DNA of 64,000 nucleotides from Phoronis australis (lineage: Eukaryota; Animalia; Phoronida), in NCBI GenBank assembly GCA_002633005.1, contig NMRA01000071.1:493628-557627 (forward strand). Reading direction: 5' to 3'. A program made the position numbers and the translations under genes. How positions within the stretch are numbered: position 1 is the first letter of the stretch; the number at the start of each line of letters is the position of its first letter. Below are positions 1-64,000 of this stretch, piece by piece. Under the pieces are notes generated by a model, which was given only the letters and a program-made list of their open reading frames with translations, was not told the DNA's origin and did no database searches.

Positions 1-190
1 TCACATTGCTATGCTAACCAACCTTCCATGTCAACTGCTCACTAGCTTCACATTGCTATGCTAACCAACCTTCCATGTCAACTGCTCACTAGCCTCACAT
101 TGCTATGCTAACCAACCTTCCATGTCAACTGCTCACTAGCCTCACATTGCTATGCTAACCAACCTTCCATGTCAACTGCTCACTGGCCTC
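1..190. repeat. 47-bp minisatellite
   Basis: 4 copies of tcacattgctatgctaaccaaccttccatgtcaactgctcactagc(c/t). Confidence 0.95.
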
Positions 191-464
191 ACCCACATTA
201 TTGTTCTCCCACTAAGGCTGTTTTTCTATTTCACATAATACAAGCCACCATTCTCATGTTCTCACAAACACTTGTTCTTGTAGTTTGTGGCAGGAAGAGT
301 AGTTTAATGTTAATGTCTTCAACTATAAGTGTGTCAACAATCAAGTTGTGTTTCACTTGAAAGTGGATAATCTCTTACAACAGATGGCGCTCTTTATCAT
401 GGAAACGTGATCTTGAATGGAGTGCCACCCCCATGATGCATTCAATGTCTGTTGTTCATTTCAG

Positions 465-533
465 GAGGACGAAGTTTTAAAACCCAAAGCAAAGAAGAGA
501 AGGAAAGCCATGTTACAAGAAGATAGTGACTGA
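465..533 (+). CDS. Last coding exon of an unidentified convergent gene (EDEVLKPKAKKRRKAMLQEDSD*)
   Basis: Polypyrimidine tract + cag acceptor at 464, basic NLS-like and acidic tail, TGA at 531-533, downstream AATAAA at 1310. Confidence 0.55.
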   Translation, partial: EDEVLKPKAKKRRKAMLQEDSD

Positions 534-1309
534 ATATTGTTGCTAGTAGCAACTGTTGTTATGAACATTGTTTTATAAAATGCTGTCACCATGCATGTCA
601 ACCCAGGTGACAATTCTACGCACATATTGTATTTTACCCTCTCGGGTGTTGCTAGGTAACCAGCAGTGGCTGGTGTGAAGACTAGGGTGGTCGACTTAGT
701 TAAGTTTGACCAAGGTTAATAATACATCACCTTATTTGACATTTTTGTCCAAGCTTGGATTTCCTTGTTTCTTGGAAAAACTGCTGATAAGTATGTGGTA
801 AATGAGGAGTGTTGGGCTTGTCACCATATTGAGTTCCATCTTTGAAAACCTCTTAGACCAACTGTTGTGCAAGCTTGAGTCATATTTGGTGTTCATTAAC
901 ATAATTCAGGCTGTACAATCTTATTGAATTCCGTCGCCTAGCAAGACTCATTTTCTTACCAATTAGTGGTCATAATTATTGGACGCATGCCTCTTTGTGT
1001 ATAGACGTCTCCTGCACTACATTGTGAGCAAGGTTACTTGACCTTAATGTGGAATATTGTATAATATTGGTCATGATTCAGTTGTATTAGTCAAATAATA
1101 TGTGCCATGATTGAATAATATCGGTCACGATTGAACCACCTTATGTATTTTTGAGCTTGAATAATTTTACTCAGGATTATTCAAACATGATGAGTTTAAT
1201 GTCATAGTGAAAATGATGCAACAGGTGTGTGTTACTGGGCAGCTGTGTGAGGATGTGCATGTGTGGCTAGCAATGTCTTGTTCAAACTTCTATTATCAAC
1301 TTCAATTTT

Positions 1310-1315
1310 AATAAA
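1310..1315 (+). promoter_or_regulatory. Polyadenylation signal of the plus-strand gene
   Basis: AATAAA followed by GT/T-rich sequence (duplicated at 1777 in the artefactual copy). Confidence 0.45.
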
Positions 1316-1726
1316 GCCTGAATTCTTAGATATTGTGTCTTGCTTGATATCCCTTTTTTGTTCAACACAACTAACTGGTGAGAAATAGCCACATTCATCA
1401 TTTGTGATTGGTCATTAACAGAGGTGATAGTCTATGTAGAACTAGTCACTGCAGTCTAGTCTTGCTGTACAAGCCTATCCTAAATAGTAACAGCTTAACA
1501 AGTGAGTACATTTCGTGCATTGCATCCTCAGGTAAATTTATTTACCAGAAATTTTCAGCTTCTCTGATTTGGCTGAAGCCTTTACCAGTGTCAATTATGC
1601 AGACCCTTACAAATACTTTTAAGAAATTTGACATCAGAACTGCCATGAAACCAGTGTTAACAACTAGACAATAACTGATCCAACCAAAGGAAGGTACCTG
1701 TGGAGTGGTGTAAAGTATTCCATGCN

Positions 1727-2192
1727 TGTGTGGCTAGCAATGTCTTGTTCAAACTTCTATTATCAACTTCAATTTTAATAAAGCCTGAATTCTTAGATAT
1801 TGTGTCTTGCTTGATATCCCTTTTTTGTTCAACACAACTAACTGGTGAGAAATAGCCACATTCATCATTTGTGATTGGTCATTAACAGAGGTGATTGTCT
1901 ATGTAGAACTAGTCACTGCAGTCTAGTCTTGTTGTACAAGCCTATCCTAAATAGTAACAGCTTAACAAGTGAGTACATTTGGTGCATTGCATCCTCAGGT
2001 AAATTTATTTACCAGAAATTTTCAGCTTCTCTGATTTGGCTGAAGCCTTTACCAGTGTCAATTATGCAGACCCTCACAAATACTTTTAAGAAATTTGACA
2101 TCAGAACTGCCATGAAACCAGTGTTAACAACTAGACAATAACTGATCCAACCAAAGGAAGGTACCTGTGGAGTGGTGTAAAGTATTCCATGC
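1727..2192. other. Duplicate of 1260-1725 (probable assembly overlap)
   Basis: Near-identical 466-bp tandem copy separated by the single N at 1726. Confidence 0.85.
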
Positions 2193-3699
2193 ACCCCCCC
2201 CCCCCCCCCCNCCCCCCCGAGACAACTCTTGCATGGGGGGAGATGGGAACGAATTGTAGCTGCAGGCCTAAGAAACAGATGAAGGACATTGAAAAAACTT
2301 GTGAGAAATTGACATTTACAAGAAACACAAGAAAGTATACTTAAGTTGCACAAATCTGCCGTCACAAATTATGCTGATCAACAAAATCATGACAGATTGG
2401 TCAGGTACATGTACCACCTTAGTGGACAGAATGTAATGGCTGCACGAATCTAAGGTGGTATGCCTAGTAGCAAGGTATCAGGCTGATGAAGGCTTCAGCC
2501 ATAATTGAGAAACCAAAATTTCTGCTAAGTTTTAAAAATGTTTATGTGGATACTCCTATATTGAGCATTCTCACAAACCTAATTACGAGTCGACACCTCC
2601 ATAATGTAAAGACTAACAAGTTGTTATTTCAACTTATGTATTTTGGTACTAGACCATATCGTTTGTCCACAGATACATAGTTATAAATGCCAAGTCTTGT
2701 TTTGAAAATGCCGAAACATAGCGTAAAACACAAGAACATTGTGAATTCATTTGCTAAAAAGGACTCCTGACTATATCAGAACTATGTGTTTGACACAGCC
2801 AAGGATGAGGCAGCATGCCACTTGTTGCAGACAACACGTAGTTGAGTAACATATCATTGTTCAATTTGCTGTTGAATGAAGAATGTTTCACACATGGCTC
2901 AATGATAACTCACTGTAGTCTTCATCATGTTACGTCGAGTCGTGCCGTGAAATGGCATTAGTGATACCACTCCAGCGACATCTGGTGGTAAAGCAAAACA
3001 CGTTGTTTTCACTATGTTTATTCTTACATGAGGTCAAGGTTAAGATTACCAAGAGTGACACAGAGAAGTGTTCACATGTCATGAACGTTAGTGCCCACAC
3101 GACTACTAAAGCAGCCCAGTACAATTAAAATAAGCATCTCTGATGGTCTCCCCTTGCATGTAGCATCTACACGATTGTTTTGGGAACATCGGCCACCTTA
3201 GGAGGCCTTCCTTGGTCTCGCGTTATCAGTAATGTCTTACACATAAGACCAGTTATCTTACTTTAAGAAAAAATATAAAAAATTGCCAAATATCAAATAC
3301 TGTAAAGAGAGACATCTATTGGACAGTCTAAACAATGTTGGCCAGTTGCTGTCTAAAGCCCTCCTTGAAGGTGAACCCAGTTACTACAGTATACTTCATG
3401 CACCACTCTCAATACAATGATGCCTAATATAATGAATGGTTAGGCTACAATGTGATGTTATATTCAGACCAAGTCATTATGGTGATGAAATAGGGCATAA
3501 AAATGATATTTCACACCCCATTTGATAAGCCTACAACTGAGTGATCAAACTGTTTTCTAACATTGCAAAAGTATTTCTGGGATTATGTGGATAGCCCAAT
3601 ACATCTAAAGTAACACAATGTGTCGAAGGAAAGCTTTAAACATGCACAAGAGCTCATGACCACAAACTATTACAGTATGTTTCTTATGAACAGCTCTGC

Positions 3700-4145
3700 A
3701 CATACAACCAACCAATATTACTGTGTGTCACATCAACACCGCTGCACAATGACCAAGGAAAATTGCATTGTGTCTCACATGAACAGCACTGTCCATACGA
3801 CCAAGCAATATTGCAATGTGTCTCACATGAACAGCACTAAACATACGACCAAGCAATACTGCAATGTGTCTCGCATGAACACCACTGTACATACGGCCAA
3901 GCAATATTGCATTGTGTCTCATATGAACAGCACAATATATACGACCAAGCAATATTGCATTGTGTCTCACATGAACAGCTCTGTACATACGGCTAAGAAA
4001 TATTGCATTGTGTCTCACATGAATAGTGCAATACATACAACCAAGCAACATTGCAATGTGTCTCGCATGAACAGCACTGTACATATGACCAAGCAATATT
4101 GCAATGTGTCTCACATGAACAGCACTGCACGTACAATCAAGCAAT
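3700..4145. repeat. 48-bp minisatellite downstream of the fibrillin stop (possible 3' UTR)
   Basis: About 9 copies of ...tctcacatgaacagcactgtacatacgaccaagcaatattgcaatgtg. Confidence 0.9.
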
Positions 4146-4514
4146 GCTTTCTGCCTTTGCTAGCTTACTATCTTTCAATGAGTACATTCTTAGGTTTGCA
4201 AAAATAACTAATTTAAAAGCAAATTAATACAATATAATACAATACAGACTGGTATACACCGATGTACTTGTATCATTGGACCCTGGCTATTACTCTGCTA
4301 CATCCATCTACTTTCCAACACAAACATACAAAGGTTAAAGGTTAAAATGAATCAAGGTCCACAAACTAACATTCAGAGGAGCAGCCTGCCCAATATTCAC
4401 AGTGGCGCCATCATTTTAAATTGTCAATTCAATCCAAGTTTTTTTACAACACTTATTTTTCATGTGCATCCCGTATAACCCATTCATACTTCAGCCTTGA
4501 GAGCTTAGCCTCTC

Positions 4515-4520
4515 TTTATT
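4515..4520 (-). promoter_or_regulatory. Possible proximal polyadenylation signal of fibrillin
   Basis: tttatt on + = AATAAA about 70 nt after the stop; the UTR may extend further. Confidence 0.3.
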
Positions 4521-4589
4521 CAGTGAACAAACATCCTTCTGAGAGGGATTAGTAAACTATTATTATTATCATGGATTATGTATCACAAG

Positions 4590-61893
<57,304 letters not shown>

Positions 61894-64000
61894 CGTGTCG
61901 GCTCCAGGTCTTCGTCAAGTCAACTGGAATTTAATCCGGCAAGAAACCGTCAAGCTGCACAGCTATACGGCTAAATGTGCATAAGAAAATTTTGTTTAAT
62001 TAGTCTCGAGCCAGTAATGGGCTCCCGTCCAAGTTAGTCAAAGGAACTAAGTCTAAATTGTATAAAGTTATGTTTTGCCCTGAATGTGATTTCGCCAGCC
62101 TGCGAGATATTTTTCGTGTCCTCACTTCTCTAACTCAGAGCCGACTCTGTCGAAGTATTTCGATGATTTCAGCCACTGACTCGAGCCTATTGGAACCAGA
62201 TGTGACACGGCTAAGGTGGAACAGTCTACCGTGCTACCATTACGATGCTGCCTGCTCCGACTAAATTTGATACAGACGACAGCACGCCGGCCCTAGACGA
62301 ATGTCTTCCGGAATCTCCAATCCCTTTGTTTTGGTTGTTTACACAGGAGAAATGATTAATTCACAGCAATCAACACTCGCTTTTAATAATTTGGTCCAAA
62401 TGAGAAGATCGCTTTTATTTGTACAAAAGTTTCAACTTCTAGGGCATTTGGGTCCTCAGTCACAATGGCGGTGGTGCATAATAGGCGTTCGGTGACGCGT
62501 AACGGAGACGGGACGTTGGGTTAATTTGCCACCCAACACAAACTGGGACCATGATGTACGGCCGGACTAACTTTCCAAATGACATTTTAGCAAACGGCGT
62601 TCTTGTACATGGAAAATCATCAGTGTTATTTGTAGAAACACGTTGTGTTATTAAGTGATTGTATCGCTTAAGTCAACTTCAGCGGGAGCTTTTATATGAT
62701 TGCGGATTTTGTAACGCCATGGATCAAGTACTGTAATTACTTAAAGGTGTCCCACTTGACTTCATTATGGTGTCGTTATAAAGCTTCCACAAACCATATT
62801 CTCCTGGTGAAAATCTTCTTCAAAGGCCTATTTGTATTTCAAAGAATCGTCATCGCGTGCTTCTCTTTTGTTTGCATTGAAATTGGATTCAATCCTCTGT
62901 TATTCCTACGTCAGCCATATATCATTCCCGATTAACCCGCCGTGACAAGTAATTTTATGGGCGTGGTCTGAAGCAGTGCCAGTTGTTCTAAATGAGTGCT
63001 AACAAGCCCTGAACCTGAGAAAAGGATAAGATAACGATAAAGTCACGTGGTCTGAACCTAAGGTTGGTTGTTCACACATACGTTTTTTGGCCTAGAAATA
63101 GTATTATCCGACAATATTGATACATAACTATCGATCTTCCCCTTGGCCCCCCTCAAAATCCGCCACTGGATTGTAGAGGCGCGCAGCGACGAATGGGGGG
63201 AGAGGTTTCTTACTTCCGCCCAGAGGAAAATTTTGTTTTTGCTTCTGAAAAACAGCAGTTTCCTTGATTTCCGAAGTATAATCATTCCTCGACAGCTATA
63301 CTTTGGCAAGGTCGCTATTTGCGACTAGCGCGCCGGTTGTCTGAATCGGACACCCAACAAACATACAAACTAAAACTCCACACATTGTCAAATATCTTGT
63401 TTCAGCCGTATGTTAATTACCGGGTTAAATGGTAAACTCAAAAATTTCTCTCGCTTTTGCTGTTTAATTTTTGAGGCCGTCAAAAAGGGCCCTGTCAACG
63501 CCCCCCTCCCTAAATCCGCCTATGACAAACAACGGTTTGAAAAACCCATCCAGTACAGTATTTTGAATTCCTTATGAAAGGCTGCACCTTCCGGAGGTGC
63601 ATCCTCAGGCTACATTCCTTACGAAAGCCGGAAGTTCACTCTTGTACTTGTGCACTTTTCACTTCATAAAAATGTCCTTAGCTGCAAACTCTTATGAACG
63701 ACATCGTGACGCTTGTTACGTTTAAAAGTAATGCATCCCAAAAGGTTAGTCAGACTAACAAGCATTTTGTTCAAAAACCTTCGGAATGGGTTATGTTACG
63801 TGAACAAATTTTTTGAATAGACATTTTTCATGGAAACTGTCAACAAAATAGGTACTTTTAATCGCAACAGGTAACTCTCATTTCTCCCAACCACACAACT
63901 TCAACATCGACAAATGACCAGCCGTGCCGCCTTATTCAATATACTGAACGCCCATGCAGTGGGAAAACGTAGCACTTCAGACCGGAATGTGATGTTCAGG

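Noticed and set aside
1408-2141. Two near-identical 88-aa ORFs suggesting a duplicated small gene
   Set aside because: They lie in the 466-bp duplicate around N1726, start at TTG and have no recognisable features.
2194-2217. Poly-C tract as a G-quadruplex or regulatory element
   Set aside because: It contains an N at a contig join, so its length and sequence are unreliable.

Overview
Eukaryotic (metazoan, probably a marine invertebrate; the taxon is inference) genomic DNA. Almost the whole window is one complete minus-strand fibrillin gene. I traced 59 GT-AG coding exons by hand from ATG 61893 to TAA 4590, giving about 2,803 aa. Domain order: signal peptide, 4-Cys N-terminal motif, EGF1-3, hybrid1, 2 cbEGF, TB1, EGF4, 5 cbEGF, TB2, 3 cbEGF, hybrid2, cbEGF, TB3, 12 cbEGF, TB4, 2 cbEGF, TB5, 7 cbEGF, TB6, 5 cbEGF, TB7, 6 (cb)EGF, then a furin site and C-terminal propeptide. 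The last exon of an unidentified convergent plus-strand gene is at 465-533. Introns hold many minisatellites, several MITEs, two DINE-1/Helentron-like elements carrying arrays of CTCF-consensus motifs, and a LINE 3' remnant. Two duplications next to single Ns are probably assembly artefacts. Three observations stand out. (1) A candidate internal alternative first exon (39918-40128) encodes a type II signal-anchor and splices in frame onto a cbEGF exon, predicting a membrane-tethered, N-truncated fibrillin. (2) Intronic tandem duplications repeatedly copy the exon/intron junctions themselves, with up to 11 identical donors. (3) The CTCF-motif array elements bracket most of the gene. All coordinates were read manually, and no expression data were available.
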